Below, piece by piece: positions 11,611 to 25,062 of a stretch of 64,000 nt of DNA. The stretch is from Octopus sinensis (lineage: Eukaryota): the NCBI RefSeq assembly GCF_006345805.1, contig NW_021832231.1:868001-932000 (forward strand). Direction: 5' to 3'. The notes under the pieces were generated by a model. It did no database searches. It was given only the letters and a program-made list of their open reading frames with translations, and was not told where the DNA came from. Made by a program: the position numbers and the translations under genes. How positions within the stretch are numbered: the stretch's first letter is position 1; each line of letters starts with the position of its first letter.

Positions 11611-14600
11611 TAGAGTCAAATTATAAAGTTAATAAGCTAAAAAAATAAATCGTAAGGTTAAATTTTTTGTAAACTATGTAAACTATGCTTAACGACAGTA
11701 AAGTGCTCGAAAAAGCATTTTGTTAACCTCCACAGGATATCAAAGAAACATAAGACTTTCGTTGGTAAGGATTTTTCGATAATATATAGATCGTTTGACT
11801 ACATTTAGCCAACAAAAATTAGATGAATCTGAAATTGGAAACTGGAATTTGAGGGTGACTAAGGCTTTTCTGAAATGTGACATTCCGCTAAATAAATTAT
11901 CAATGCCTTTATTTGTTGATCTCTTCGAAAGTAACAAAATTTCCCTTCCTTCGCAATCACAAACAAGGAATTGTGCAAAATACAGTATAACCTCCATTTG
12001 GGGCAGACCTCTGGCTTGGGGAACCTCTATTTTTGGGGAAACCTCTATTTTTGGGGTAGTTTGAAAAGTTAATTTTTATGCGAATTTCCAAATTTAGAAA
12101 TTACCGGAACCTCTAAGTGGGGCACAGGATTTTTAATTTATATACATATTTGCTATTAAAATTAAAATTAATTATATAAAATTCATTTGGAAGCCTCGTG
12201 TAATTTTTGTATTCTTGTTGTTATGGCTCGTAAGCTTAGTCTTGAGTTAAAGATCAAAATTGCCAAGGAATTAAGTGAAAATAAACATCTTACTGAACGA
12301 GATATTGTAGATAGTACAAAATTAGTAAAGGTTTTTTTATTATGTAAGTTTTTAGGCGCTGTGTCACGTATTAAAAAAAATTATCTCAATTTTTTTAATA
12401 CTGGGGCTGTTCAAACAGATTTTCCCAGAAATATTCAACGCTCTCCTCATACTTTATCCCAAAAATTGGATAAAATTGTTTTTGAGGCTTTCACCACCAA
12501 GACAAGGGAAGAATTTATTCTGTGTCCGGTCCTCTTTTAAAAAATATTGCTTCCAAAGTAGCAAGGATGTTGAATTATTCGGCGTTCAAAGGGTCCAATG
12601 GCTGGTTGGAAAATTTAAGAAAAGACATATGTTGTCATTTAAGACAATTAGTGGAGAGAAAAACTCTTCCGACGTTTCTTCGCTTGATATGTTTTTTCCA
12701 AGTATGATGAATACGTAAAAGAATATGGTCTTCAAAATTTTTTAATTGCGACGAAACTGGGTTATATATTAAAAGGATACCTTCAAAATCATTTGTAAGT
12801 TCGGATGAAGATTGTTTCGGAATTAAAAGGAGTAAAGAAAAATTCACTATTCTTTTGTCGGTCAGTGCTTGTGGCGAAAATTGAAGCCATTGTTAGTAGG
12901 AAAATATAAATCCCCACGTTGTATGAAAAACTTTAACCCTGAAGAACATGGAGTTTCATATTCATCATCTAAAAACAGTTGGATGACATCAGAAATATTT
13001 ATTACATGGCTCACCATTACAAATGAACAAATGATTACGCAAAAGAGAAAAATTGTTTTGTTACTTGATAACGCAAGCTGTCACAAATATATCCATCTTT
13101 CCAACATTGAATTGTTTTTTCTCCCAAAAAATACAACCTCATTAATTCAACCGTTAGACATGGGTATTATTAAATCTTTCAAGTCCAATTATCTTAACGC
13201 TTTATTGGATTTTACTCTTTATTTTGAGGACGTTGAGTTACAAATTGTTAATTTAAAAAAAATAAATCTTCGTCATGTCATAATAATTGTTGGAAAAACA
13301 TGGCAAATTTAAATCCTGAAACAATAACGAATTGTTGGGAAACAATTAATAACTGTCGGCAACAGATTCCTAGTTCAAATTTTTTAGTTAACAGTGAGAA
13401 AGAAAATTTGGACACGATAATTGCAGACGTAATTGCTGAAAATGAAGAAGAAAATAATGATGAGTCAATATATGACCAAACTGAATGCAACTGTTCAAAC
13501 TTGGACACGATAACAGCAATGAATAACCTTGAGAGAATATTCACCGTTTGTTTCCCGATGCGTTAAAAGACTATTACAATTTCAGAAAAATATTGGGCAT
13601 ACATATGAAGAAATCTGCAACAGGAAACAAAATAACATTATTTTCGTGTATAATAGAATAAAAATTTTTTTCTACTTGAAAAATACTCTAATTATCAATA
13701 AAATTAGTGGAAAACATGTTTAAATGTTCTTAAAAATACTTTATTTATTTATAAATTAATGAAAAATATGCTAAAACTATTAAAATTTTTATAAAAATAA
13801 AGAAAATTTCAGACCTCCATTTTTGGGGAAACCTCTATTTTTGGGGCAATTTTTCAAAATTGATGCCCCAAATGGAGGTTATACTGTATATTGCAAATGA
13901 ATACATAGGATCTTTTAGGGACAAATTCAAGTATTCCATGAAAGTTTATTTTCTAGAAAACAAAAAATTTTTACAATAACCGATGAAACTCAAATTCGAA
14001 ACAAACGTTATGTCGCCGTTTTGATGGGATCAATAAAACTCCCTACAATTACTTATTTGGTCTCATTCAAGCCAATCGAATCCGCGCCAACAAAAAATAT
14101 TATAGCACAGATCGTTGATGATTCTATTCGAAACCTTATGGTTGAACGGGATAATTTTATGCTTTTCATTTCCGATGCTGCACGGTATATGACATCCGGT
14201 ATAGTTTTAATTAATTGATGATTTAGCCGGGAAAATTTTAAAAAATTTATATCCCAATCTTTTTCATGTTAATTGCGTCACCCATATTTTGCATAATTGT
14301 TCAATGGAGGTCAGAAAATCTTATCCAGAAGTTGATGATGTGATAGCTAGCGTGCAAGCTTCTGTCAGGAAGAACCACAACCGAAAATTGTTGTTTTATG
14401 AAATTGGAATTCCTCCGAAAGTTGTGTTGACAAGATGGGGCACCTGGTTAAAGGCTGCATCTTTTTATTCAAGAAATTTAATCTCAGTGATTAAAATTTT
14501 TGATTTGATTGAGGACGAAGGAATACTAGTGACTGCCACCAAAAATGCATTGAAAAGTGAAAAACTAGTAAAAAGCTCATGTGCAATTTCGCATAACTAT

Positions 14601-15132
14601 TCACATATTCCAGGTTTTTCATATAGTAATTAATTTCATAAAGAAAATATTACAACTTGAAAGTAACGAATGTACAATAGAATTTGCATATTCGACGTTA
14701 AGTACACTTGACTTCGGGAAGGATGAAGCAGGGATCAAAAAATATTTAGAGAAGAGAATTTTAGAGAGCGATATGACTAAAATTATTAATATGGATAATA
14801 AAAATATCTCTCCGGAAGATTATTCGTTACTTCAAAACTGTCAACCATCCTCGGCATCTATCGAACGATGCTTTTCGCAATTTAGGAGTTTTATAAGGTC
14901 AAACAGAAACTTTGCTACACAAAATTTGGAAAATTATGTTATGTCCATTTTCAATAAATAGTCTTTGAAGTATTTTATTGTTTCTTATTTATACTTTACA
15001 GGTTTAACCTGAGAATAAATAAAGTTAAATTTTTTTAATTTTAAGGTTAAAAATTTTGGTTTATAGGTTAATAAAGTTAACTTTTTAAGGTTAAATTTTT
15101 CAATTTTTAAGGTTAAAAAAATGTTGGCCCTA
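11611..15132 (+). mobile_element. hAT-superfamily transposon, split by a Tigger insertion
   Basis: Transposase halves AFLKCDIPLNKL (left) and DET / SDAARYMTSAGKILK..YPNLFHVNCVTHILHNC / TRWGTWL / SASIERCFS (right). Imperfect TAG(A/G)G termini and AAGGTTAA subterminal repeats; no matching TSD. Confidence 0.8.
11983..13886 (+). mobile_element. pogo/Tigger DNA transposon (frameshifted transposase)
   Basis: Perfect TIRs CAGTATAACCTCCATTTGGGGCA, TA TSDs, CENP-B HTH (FKGSNGWL) and DDE_1 (LDNASCH, IQPLDMGII) motifs. Confidence 0.95.
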
Positions 15133-15199
15133 CTTATGATAGTCATATGTGTTTATCCCAACAAGTTGAAAATGTACAACTAGCTGCATAAAGAAACTG

Positions 15200-15540
15200 A
15201 ACATCTTAAATGTGTTCCTCCGAAAATGCAAACAATGGATCAGCTTCCCCACACGCCAATCAATCTACCGCCAATACTTCGAACCCTCCATTAGTTATGT
15301 TTGTGGGGCGTGGGAGGGTTTGTCAGTGAAAAAAACCCTCAACAAATTTCGGAAAACACTACAAGGACCGAATGAACATCTATCCATCGCCTCATTTAAA
15401 GAAATCTTGGGAAGGAACCATAAGCCTACAGGCCCTAAAACTCCACCACCGCGCCCTCATAGATATTGTTGTCGGGACTAGGGAGCAGCACCAGGCAAAG
15501 ATGAGGACCATCCTCAGAGAAGTCGGGATCACCTGATTAA
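15200..15540 (+). mobile_element. LINE RT C-terminal remnant
   Basis: TRQSIYRQYFEPSISYVCGAW resembles the post-RT Y..P...Y...W motif of LINEs; short and degraded. Confidence 0.4.
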
Positions 15541-15668
15541 TTAGTTCTATGTTTTGGACGGTGATCTTGGTTTTAATAATAATTTGTTGTTGCGTCTACA
15601 GCCAATGATGACCAGGACATACTTTAGGAGATTGAGGCATAAGACGTTTACTGAGAAGGATTCAGATA

Positions 15669-18600
15669 CAGTAGACTATTCATTTAACGAAAATGAAAAT
15701 TGAGCATTAGTTAAATGAATTTAACGAAAAAAATTGTTTAATTAAAAATGTGTCATGTAATCGGTAATTTTAGGTTCCTTCTTTTTAATTTTTGCCAATA
15801 TATTTCTCAAATTTGTAATTAGGTGAATATGTTCACCAGATTCTTGCAAAAAATATTTTTAATATTTTCCAAATATTTAAGTGCATCTGCATAACCAATG
15901 GGATTGTCATTTGTGCTATCTATTTCTTCATGCTCATTTTCTTCCTCACATTGTATTGTATCAAGATACGCGTTTTCTTCGCAGACGACAGGTGCACAGA
16001 CAGGAAACTCAATCATAATTTCACTTTTATTATCTTTAATTGTAAGGTGATTTAAATTTAATACCTTTTTCGTCAGTGGATTCTTCAAGTATTTTTTCAT
16101 CTATCTTCGCCCAATTATTTAATGCCTTGTTAAAGCAATTTTTGATAGTGTCCACTGTGACTTCGTTCCAAGCCTCAATAATTAAAGGTAGAGCATTCAC
16201 TAATTTGAATTTGGTAAGTTCATCTGTATATGACAATGTTCCTATATTTGTTCCCATACTCAAATTTCTAGTCATTCCTTTTTTATACAACGATTTAAAT
16301 GAATGCACAATCCCTTGATCAATTGGTTGAATCTTAGATGTTGTCTTTGGAGGAAAAAAATACAATTCGATATTACTGAATTCGCCATCAAAATAGTGAA
16401 CTGGCGCATTATCTAAAAGAAGCAAAATCTTTCTATTTTCCACACTCATTTTGGAATTTAACCGTTCAACCCAGTTTTTAAAAATTAAACTGGTCATCCA
16501 AGATTTATTGCTATTTGCATATTGAATCCCAAGATTATTCATATTAATATTTTTAAAACCATGAGGATTTTTGAATTTTCCGATTACCAACGGATGCTCT
16601 TTATCTCCTTCCATATTTGTGCATAATAACAGTGTTATTCGTTCTTTAGAAAATTTTCCTGAAGCCCTTGATTCGGAGTCAAGAACTAATGTTTTTTTGG
16701 AGTACATTTGAAAAAAGGGCAGTTTCATCGCAGTTGTAAAAATTTTTCGATCCATATTTTTTTAACATGGCTGCAAAGCGTTCATATGAATCTATAAGCA
16801 AAACGGGATCCACTAATTGTTCTTCTCCAGAAATCGTGAGTGTTTTTATTTTATACTCTTCCTTAAAGCGTGAAATCCATGGATGAGATGCTTTGAAATT
16901 TTCAATATAAAATCGTTGAGCAATTTTGAGTGCCATTTCGCGTACCATTTCATTAGTTATGGTGTGATTACAGAAACGTTTGTTCTGAATCCATGCATAT
17001 AGTGGTTCATATATCTTATCAGTACAACTTTTGGTAATCTCCAAGTTTCGACCAAGTGTAAATCTCGACATATAAGCAATAGATTTTAATTATTTTTTCA
17101 TTTTTATTAATTTAAATTCATTTTAATGGGATTGTCTAATTTTAAATGGGTTTTTCTATTGTTGATGCGGCTGCAATCAAGTCTAATGAGCAAATAATGC
17201 AGGAATATAACCGGTTATTGTCTCTATACAGGCTCTTCGGCGATAATATAGAAAAGTGTGTAATTTGGTGCGCAGAGAGGCGGTTGATCTCTAACACAAT
17301 GAAATGCGTTCTCTGTAAAGTAAGACCTATATTCTCACAAAGAGACGCTGCCGTTTATCTAAGGCAAAAAGAAACGTGGACAACGCAATTTGGTTATGTA
17401 TTCAATGCAATACTTCTCGAAGTATAAGAACGAACAGCTGGTTTTCCGGTAAGTCATCCTTAAACTAATTTTAGGAAGTCATTTACCGTTAGAGAAAATT
17501 TTGATGCTTACGTAAATTACCAAGGAAATCGCATCTCGTACGAACTAGAAATTTCGTAAAATACGATTACAGATTGGACGAACTTTTGCAGAGAACTTAT
17601 TACGGTGTCTCTTGCAAATGCTCCAATTAAACTTGGGGACTCGTGGTTAATGAAGATACATTGCGTAATTCATTTAATTTTAATTTTTAGAAGAGTCGAT
17701 AGTGGAAATAGACGAGTGCAAATTTTTCCACAGAAAGTACCATCGAGGTCATTGGCGACCAGGCCATTGGGTATTGGGCGGAATAGACAGGGAAACAAGA
17801 AAGTGCTTTTTTGAAGAAGTTGCAGGTTCTTTTTTCCATTTATCCTTTACAGGACAGCGGAAACACTCAATGAAGTCATTGTTCGACGCGTACTTCCCGG
17901 CACCCATATCATTACTGATGGTTGGGCAGCCTATAGTGGGATTGCGCACATTGGAGGAGGGATTTATTCACATTCTGTGATAAATCACTCCGAAAATTTT
18001 GTTCACCCTTTGGACCGCTCCATCCATACTCAAAATATTGAGAATACATGGATGCGAGCGAAGAGAAAGCTAAAAAGGTAATTTGGTAAAACTCGTAAAT
18101 TTATTTTAGGAACATCGCGATCGTTATTTGAATCTTATTTGGACGAATTCACGTGGCGGACCTCGGTAGTTGATAAAGAGAAGATATTCCAAGAATTTCT
18201 GCTCCTCATAGTTAACAAATATGTTTTTTCGGCTTAATTTTTATTTTTAGAAAAAATATAAAATCCAGACAATCCGATAGACAATCCCATTAAAATTAAT
18301 TTAAATTAATAAAAATGAAAAAATAATTAAAATCTATTGCTTATATGTCGAGATTTACACTTGGTCGAAACTTGAAGATTACCCAACTTTTAAATGTAAT
18401 ATTCTTTTTTTGTTTGTGACGCCTTGATCCATACAATTGCATTTTCTTCAACGTTGAATTGATCACTTCAATAGGCATACTAAACCGCTGAGCCAAATTT
18501 TCTTGAGTAACATCAGGATTATTTTTCTTGAAATCAATAACTTCCAGTTTTTGTTGAATTTAATAAGTTTTTCTTTTTTTCTTCATATTGTTCACCCTTA

Positions 18601-18817
18601 CTACAAAGAAATAGCGAGGAAAAATTATTTTAAAATTTTATCAAAAATTTTAATTTTCGTTATTTAAATATTCGTTAAATATATTTAAATATTCACTAAT
18701 ACAAAGAAAAAAAAATTTATTTTTGAATTTATCTAAGGAAAAACGTAAAAAAATATTTTGACTTTCGTAAATGAATATTTTCGTTAAATTTTTTTTCGTT
18801 AAATGGATAGTCTACTG
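15669..18817 (-). mobile_element. pogo/Tigger DNA transposon, split by a Merlin insertion
   Basis: TIRs CAGTAGACTAT(T/C)CATTTAACGAAAA with TA TSDs; transposase ORFs 16036-16755 (LLDNAPVH, IQPIDQGIV) and 16679-17071 (FKASHPWISRFK, YNCDETALF). Confidence 0.93.
17033..18383 (+). mobile_element. Merlin (IS1016/ISXO2-like) DNA transposon with micro-introns
   Basis: About 100-bp TIRs starting GGTAATCT, 8-bp TSD CAACTTTT (17025-17032, 18384-18391); motifs IVEIDEC, RKYHRG, IITDGWAAY, HTQNIENTW and YLDEFTWR. Confidence 0.95.
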
Positions 18818-18899
18818 TAATTATTTTTTCTTGGGAATGGATCCTTTCGAGTCATTTCGCATATTTCGAATTTAAATCACGTGTTAGTTAATGCACGTT

Positions 18900-19837
18900 C
18901 GCGTTGCCAGTAAACAAAGTTCATGGTTTCGCTTGTGCCATGTTTTTAACTATTCTTGTCGTTAGCCCCTTCCATTCCTTCCGTCGTTTTGCCCTCTTTC
19001 CGATTTCGTCCAGATCATCTGCATTCTTCAATCGGCCTCCGATCATAGCATATTCCTTCGTAAGTATTCCCGGAAGACAGTCTCTTGGACGTCCTCTATA
19101 TTTAGAGTATTCAGAATGGCCGAAAAATTCTTCCATGGCCATATTGCAAGGTGTTTCTTTCTTCATTCGTAGAATATGTCCAAACAGGCGCCAGCTGGTT
19201 TCAAGTATATTTAGACTTATAGGCCCACAGTTAGCTAACCTGTATAATTTATCATTTGATATTTTCTTCGGCCACGAATAGCCAAGGAGTTTTCTCAGTT
19301 GACCCCTGTGGAAAGAGTCAAGTTGCTCCATGTTTTTCTTTGATGTTCCCCAAGTGCCTGCGTTGTACATGAGGACAGGTTGGACAAATGCAGCATATAA
19401 TCGTAGGCGCATCTTAGTCGAAATTTGGTTTTTTCTCATCCAGATAGATTGAAGTTTTTTAAGTGCAATTGTTGATAATATTTTTTGTCTGGTAATATCT
19501 TCAGAATCGCCAAGAAGAGATCCGAGATTTCGGACGTTTCGCCACTTCTCATCTATGCGAGTTGGCATACGTTCGACGGTGGTTATTTCGGTTTTCTCTT
19601 CATTGACTTTGAGTGACCATTTATCGAAAATTGTTCTTGCTTTCTCCATAATAATTTCTATTAATTTCCGATCCTCCATAATAAAATCAAGATCATCCGC
19701 GTATATGAGTTCCACAACTTGGTTGTCCATACATCCAATTTCTACTCTTAGGTCTCCCAGAGCTGCCTCCAGATAGACGATAAATAATATAGGCGATAGT
19801 GTGTCCCCTTGTGGGGTTCCAACATTTCTAGGAAATA
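18900..19837 (-). mobile_element. RTE-like LINE, RT C-half
   Basis: ORF 18921-19868: GTPQGDTLSPILF, YADD, KVNEEKTE, WRLFGHILR, RGRPR. Interrupted at 19838 by a Tc1 end. Confidence 0.85.
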
Positions 19838-21010
19838 CACTCCATGTAATAAAAAACCGGATTTTCAAGTTTGCATGTTTTTACTAGTATTTTTTTAAAT
19901 GTACATCAATTTTTAAATTACTTTTCAGCAATCGTTTGCTGTATTTTTTTTATTATTTTTAAAATTATAATATATATTTGAATAATTGATCTTGATAAAA
20001 TCTTAGCGTGTATTAAAAAACCGGATTTTTTGTTAGTTAGCCTGTTGCTAAGCCAATTTTTAGGTATTTGAAAAAATGCTTGATAAAATCACTAAAGGAA
20101 AGATTCTAGCACTCATTCAATTAAATTGGACACAAAAGAAGATTGTTGAGGAGGCTGAATATTCCAACTTCGATTCTCAATGATTTTCTGAATAAGTTAA
20201 ATAAAAAAGGGACTGTTGATTGTATACCTGTTCTGGAACACCAAAAAGCTCTCTAACTCAGATATTTGTAAATTTGTCAACATTGTGAAAGAAAATCCAA
20301 AAAAAACACTGGCCAACCTGAAAGAAGTCTTCGATTTTACAGGAAAAGTTGTCTGCAAAAAAACAATAAGCAATTATCTACATGAAAATCATTACAAAGC
20401 ATGTGTGTACAAGAAAACCTTTTTATAAAAAAATAGTGAAAAACGATACGAGGTTTCAATAATATTTTCTGCAATAAGCAATGAAACGTGGAGAGAACTG
20501 TTACATAGAGTGACGAGGCTTCCTTTGAAATTTTTTAATCTAAAAAAGAAAATTTTGCTTAGAAAAAAATAAAGCCTTAATCATGCCCATTTAACGCCAA
20601 ATTTGAAGTTTGGTGGTGGAAAAATTATGGTATGGAGTTGTATTTCCTATCATGGAAAGGGGAATTTGGTTATAGTAAATGAAAAAATAAATTCTGCTGT
20701 ATATCTAAATCGTTTTATATTCCAACAAGATTGGTCCCTGTCATAATCACGGAGAACAAAACAATTTTTGAATGAGAAAAAAATTGAATTATTAAATTGT
20801 GGACCACAATCACAGATTTGAACCCAATTGAACATGTGGAGCTACATAAGGAAGAATTGAGTAAAAAAAGCTGCATAGTAAAAAGGTTTATGCGAAAATA
20901 TCATAAAAATTTGGGACGAAATACCAATGGAATTTGTGAGAAAATTAACTGAAAGCATGCAAGAAGAAGCATTGAGCTTTATAAGGCACACGGAGGACAC
21001 ATTATTATTA
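19838..21010 (+). mobile_element. Tc1-like transposon, degraded, right TIR not found
   Basis: TA followed by CACTCCATGTAATAAAAAACCGG with an internal repeat of AAAAAACCGGATTTT; fragments KFGGGKIMVWSCI, FQQD and DLNPIEHVW. Confidence 0.75.
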
Positions 21011-21400
21011 ATCATTGACTTTTTGGTACTTTTCCTTGTTGGAATAAAATTTGTTTTTTTTAGAAGCGATGGTCTCTTTTTTACGTGAGGTTTTACTTTG
21101 GACCATACATTTTCGATGGGGTAAGCATTGGCTGTACGGACCGAGACGAAGAATGTGAAAATCATTAAATTCTTCCAATCGAAGAACTTCTTCGATACCA
21201 CTGTGAGCTGGTGCATTGTCCAACACCATAATAACTGGACCACCATGTTTAATCCGTGCTTGCCTCAAACAAATTTTCATCCAATTACAAGCCTGCTCTT
21301 TTTTAAAAGCTCCCCTTCGGATTTCATAGTAAATGAGTCCTAGATTTGAGATGCATCCAATTATATGTATATTCGACCCTTTTGATGCAGCCGCTAATCC
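21008..21400 (-). mobile_element. IS630/Tc1 DDE_3 transposase fragment
   Basis: IHIIGCIS, MVLDNAPAH, RLGPYS and PIENVWSKVK. Confidence 0.7.
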
Positions 21401-21790
21401 CACTTAGTTTGACGTTAATCCCATTTCCAGGCCTGAAGGCACTCTGACTGCAAGAAAGATAACGATCAACTGATCTTGATATTCGGCTTCGAACAATAGT
21501 CGATAGAGTTTTCCTTAGAGAGGTGACTAGTACAACCGGTCTTAGACTTCCACAGGGTCCCCGTCGTTTGCCCGGTTTCTGGAAGGGTATTATTATTCCT
21601 GTCCCAATTGGAAGTGGGCAGTGTTGGGCAAACGCCTTGTTCAGTATCTGTGTGAAAGAGCTCGCTAGACTGTTGGGAGCGTATTTGAGTAGTTCTCCTA
21701 GGACTCCATCATATCCTGCAGCTCTGTTATTGTTCATACCTCAGAGGGTGTTATTTCGTTCAATAAGCCTCGCGGATGACCAATGAATGT
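21400..21790 (-). mobile_element. RTE-like LINE, RT N-half
   Basis: RAAGYDGVLGELLK, IIPFQKPGK, LRPVVLVTSLRK and QSAFRPG; plausibly the 5' part of the element at 18900-19837. Confidence 0.7.
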
Positions 21791-21995
21791 GGGTGTATAA
21801 GTGTCGTCTGTTTAGAGTTGTCTCTTGAAGTGGTCGGCGATTCGTGATGCTTTATCTTCATCGTCCAAATCACGTGTAAAATTTGAATAGTTTTTTTATT
21901 AATTAAAACCCTCAGTAATTAATTCTTTAAACAGTTTTTGTAAACATGAAATTCGCGATTAAAAAAGGATAAATTAAAGTAATTAAAAATGCGGT

Positions 21996-23241
21996 TCACA
22001 TTACTGAGCAAAACACGGTTTTCTTTTTGTTTTTTGACTGTCTCCATTTATAAATTTTAGAGGCAGAATGAGTGCTTTCCATTTGCATTCGAGCCTTTTG
22101 TTTCTGATGGAGTAGAATATTGTAAAGTCCTGCTACAGAATTCCGAGGGTCCTTGATTTTCCTCTTTTGAATGAGCGTGTTGAGATCCACTCCATATTGT
22201 TCGATAGCACTGTTAGTGAATACTTCGTCTTCCATCTGATGGAGATTGAGTTTGGAATTCAAGTTATCCGATTTGATTTCAAAATATTTGTCAATAGTCT
22301 TCTTGATTAAATCAATTCCCAGCCTTTCTTCAGGATCGTGTCTCAGTAATCCAATGACTACATCTTGACTCCAACGAGGCATGTTTTTAGGGATCACAAA
22401 TGTCCCGCTAATCACCAAATGCTTCAATATTTTGTCATCAAGGTCGAAGAATGGTTTTTTCCCGTTAATCATGTAGTACAGAATTATTCCGCATGACCAC
22501 AAATCAGTCTTTTTTCCGTCGTAGGCGACACGGAGGAATATTTCCGGAGCCATGTAGCATATGGTCCCGACGAATTGATCCAAATATTGGCAGGACTCTT
22601 TAAGCTGAACACTGAGCCCAAAATCTGCCAGTTTTAACACGAGTTTCTCTCCGACCTGAAACAACAAAATATTTCCTGGCTTCAGATCTAAATGGACGAT
22701 ATTTTTCCCATGCTAAATGTGTGTGATTACACGATTACTATATACTCGACCCCTTCGAGGATTTGCAGGAAATATTCGAGGACATCGAGATCGTTCTGGT
22801 GACTGCTTTGTTTCATTCTTCTGGAAAGCGAATCAGTGGCCAATTCCATCACCACGTACATCTTACTGATGGTCTCAAAAGCCTAAATCACGTAGAACTG
22901 ACAGACTTCGTAGAATTTGATGACGTTTTCGTGGTCGAGAGACTTCATGATGTTTGCTTCTATTAGCGACTTCTCGACGGCTTCCTTTCCTGCCTTTTCC
23001 TTTACGATAACTTTAATGGCGACAGCGGCTAGGGGTTGGGTGGCCTCAGTCACCTTTGCAGAGAGAGTGAGAGCCCTGGCGGATCACACTGGATGCACCG
23101 ACTCCAATCACTTTCCCAAAATTATAAAGTCCCACAGATCCCTTTCCGATCTCTAGTCGATCTGAGAAAAAGTGTTTCTGGCAGTGAAGGACAATCACTG
23201 ACCTTTTCTGAGATAATAGACTTGACAAGTTGAGAGAACAT
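21996..23241 (-). CDS. CAMK-group Ser/Thr kinase (NIM1K/MARK/AMPK-related)
   Basis: Four 24-26 nt introns join GKVIGVGASS, AVAIK, HENVIKFYE, IVHLDLKPGN, DFG, GTICYMAPE and DLWSCG. Confidence 0.88.
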
Positions 23242-23387
23242 GGATCATTTTCCAGTATAAATTTACCTTATATTGTGCGAATTTCGTATTTTGATTGTGT
23301 GACTAATTATGGCTTTATTCACTCATAATTAATTAGAAAAAGCAATCCAAGAACTATATTCTAATCAAACTAAGTAATGTCTTAACT

Positions 23388-24988
23388 CAGGTGTTCTCAA
23401 CCGGGGGCAAATCGCCCTCCTAAGGGCGAAAATTTTGTACAGGAGGCGATAATTTTTTACAGGGGGGCGATAATATATTTAATAAAATATTTCCAGTATA
23501 AATTTACCTTATATTGTGCGAATTATATATTTAATAAAATATTCGAATTTAAATATAATACAAGTATTTATACATGTTAATTTTAATAATGTTTCAGATT
23601 TATTAATATTTTTTCTATAGTGTTTATCCTTAAATTTTATATTTAAAATAGCACACTGTTTTTACATTCTTGTTTGGTATCTAAGATGTCTTCTCGCTCA
23701 AATAAGAAAAGTCGTCATTATCAAAACGAATATTTAAAATATGGGTTTATTCAAGTACTGAAGATACAAAACAGCCTCATTGTCTTATTTGTCAATGTTC
23801 TTTCTCAAATGAGGTGATGAAGCCATCATGATTACAGGATCATCTAAAACGCAAGCACCCGGATAAAATGTCAAACCCGGATATCGAAGATTATATGTCC
23901 TGATTTACATCAATCTTTAAATATTGTAATTAAAACAATTAACAGAATAAAAACACGAAGCAAATGTGATCGTCTTTTTAGAAAGTTTTGTAAGGATGCT
24001 GGTGAAGATTTTATTCGACTTTTATTACACACGTAAGTAAGATGGCTTTCAAAAGGAAATGCTTTAGAAAGATTTGTTAATCTTTACGATGCAATAGTCG
24101 CATTTTTGCAGACTGAAGAAGACTTGGTTTTGGTAGAAGAGATAATTTCACGATAAAATGATATATTCTATTTGAATTGGATTTTTACAAAATTTAATGA
24201 AATTACTATTCTTCTTCAAGGAAATTTTGTCAACATGATTGATTGCAAAAGAATAATGAAAACATTTGCAAGAAAATTATTGCTTTATCAACATAATTTT
24301 TCTATAAATCAGTTGGAAACATTTCACAACTATCTGAGATAAGTAAATATTTTAGTCAAAACAATATTATGACATATTGTTAACATTTGACGGAACTAGA
24401 AGCGGATATATCTCTTAGATTCAAAGATTTGTTTGATTTGGAATTTGAAGCATGGATGATTGATCCGTTTTCATGTGTGCCAGAAGATATGAATGAAACA
24501 ATCCAAGAAGAGATAATTGAATTGAAATATAATGAAGAATATATTCACAGATTTCAACAGGATGGTATCTCTAAATTTTGGAAATCAAAAGATCTACAAA
24601 TGAAATTTCCAAATTTATGGAAGGAAATGAGTATGTACTATTGACATTCCCTACCACTTATTTAGTGAAAGTGGATTTAGTTTTGTCAATCATAATACAC
24701 AATGTGAAAGAAATAGGCTGGAAGTATGTTATAGAGGCGATATACGCCTAAAGTTGAGCAGAATTAAAACTCGACATAGAATATTTAGTATCAAGGGTCT
24801 CACTAATAATTTTTAATAAAAATTCAATTTTTTACATGTGATTTATTATTTTATATTTTGATTTTTGAGTTATATACAAAAAACAACCAATTAAGGGACA
24901 ATGCCCAAAAATTTTTAAATTGTATGTGGACAAGGGGGCGATAAAATATCTAAGGGGGCGATGAACAAAAAAAGATTGAGAATGCCTG
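23388..24988 (+). mobile_element. hAT Charlie-like (ZBED5/SCAND3-type) transposon, internally deleted
   Basis: TIRs CAGG(TG/CA)TTCTCAA; 8-bp TSD TCTTAACT/TCCTAACT; motifs CLICQ, HL.RKHP, LLLHT*VRWLSKG and FPTTY; GGGGGCGA subterminal repeats. Confidence 0.92.
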
Positions 24989-25062
24989 TCCTAACTAATC
25001 CACCTCCTTAACAACCAAACCAACACAAACTCTTCTCAACACAAATATGTATTTAAATATGA

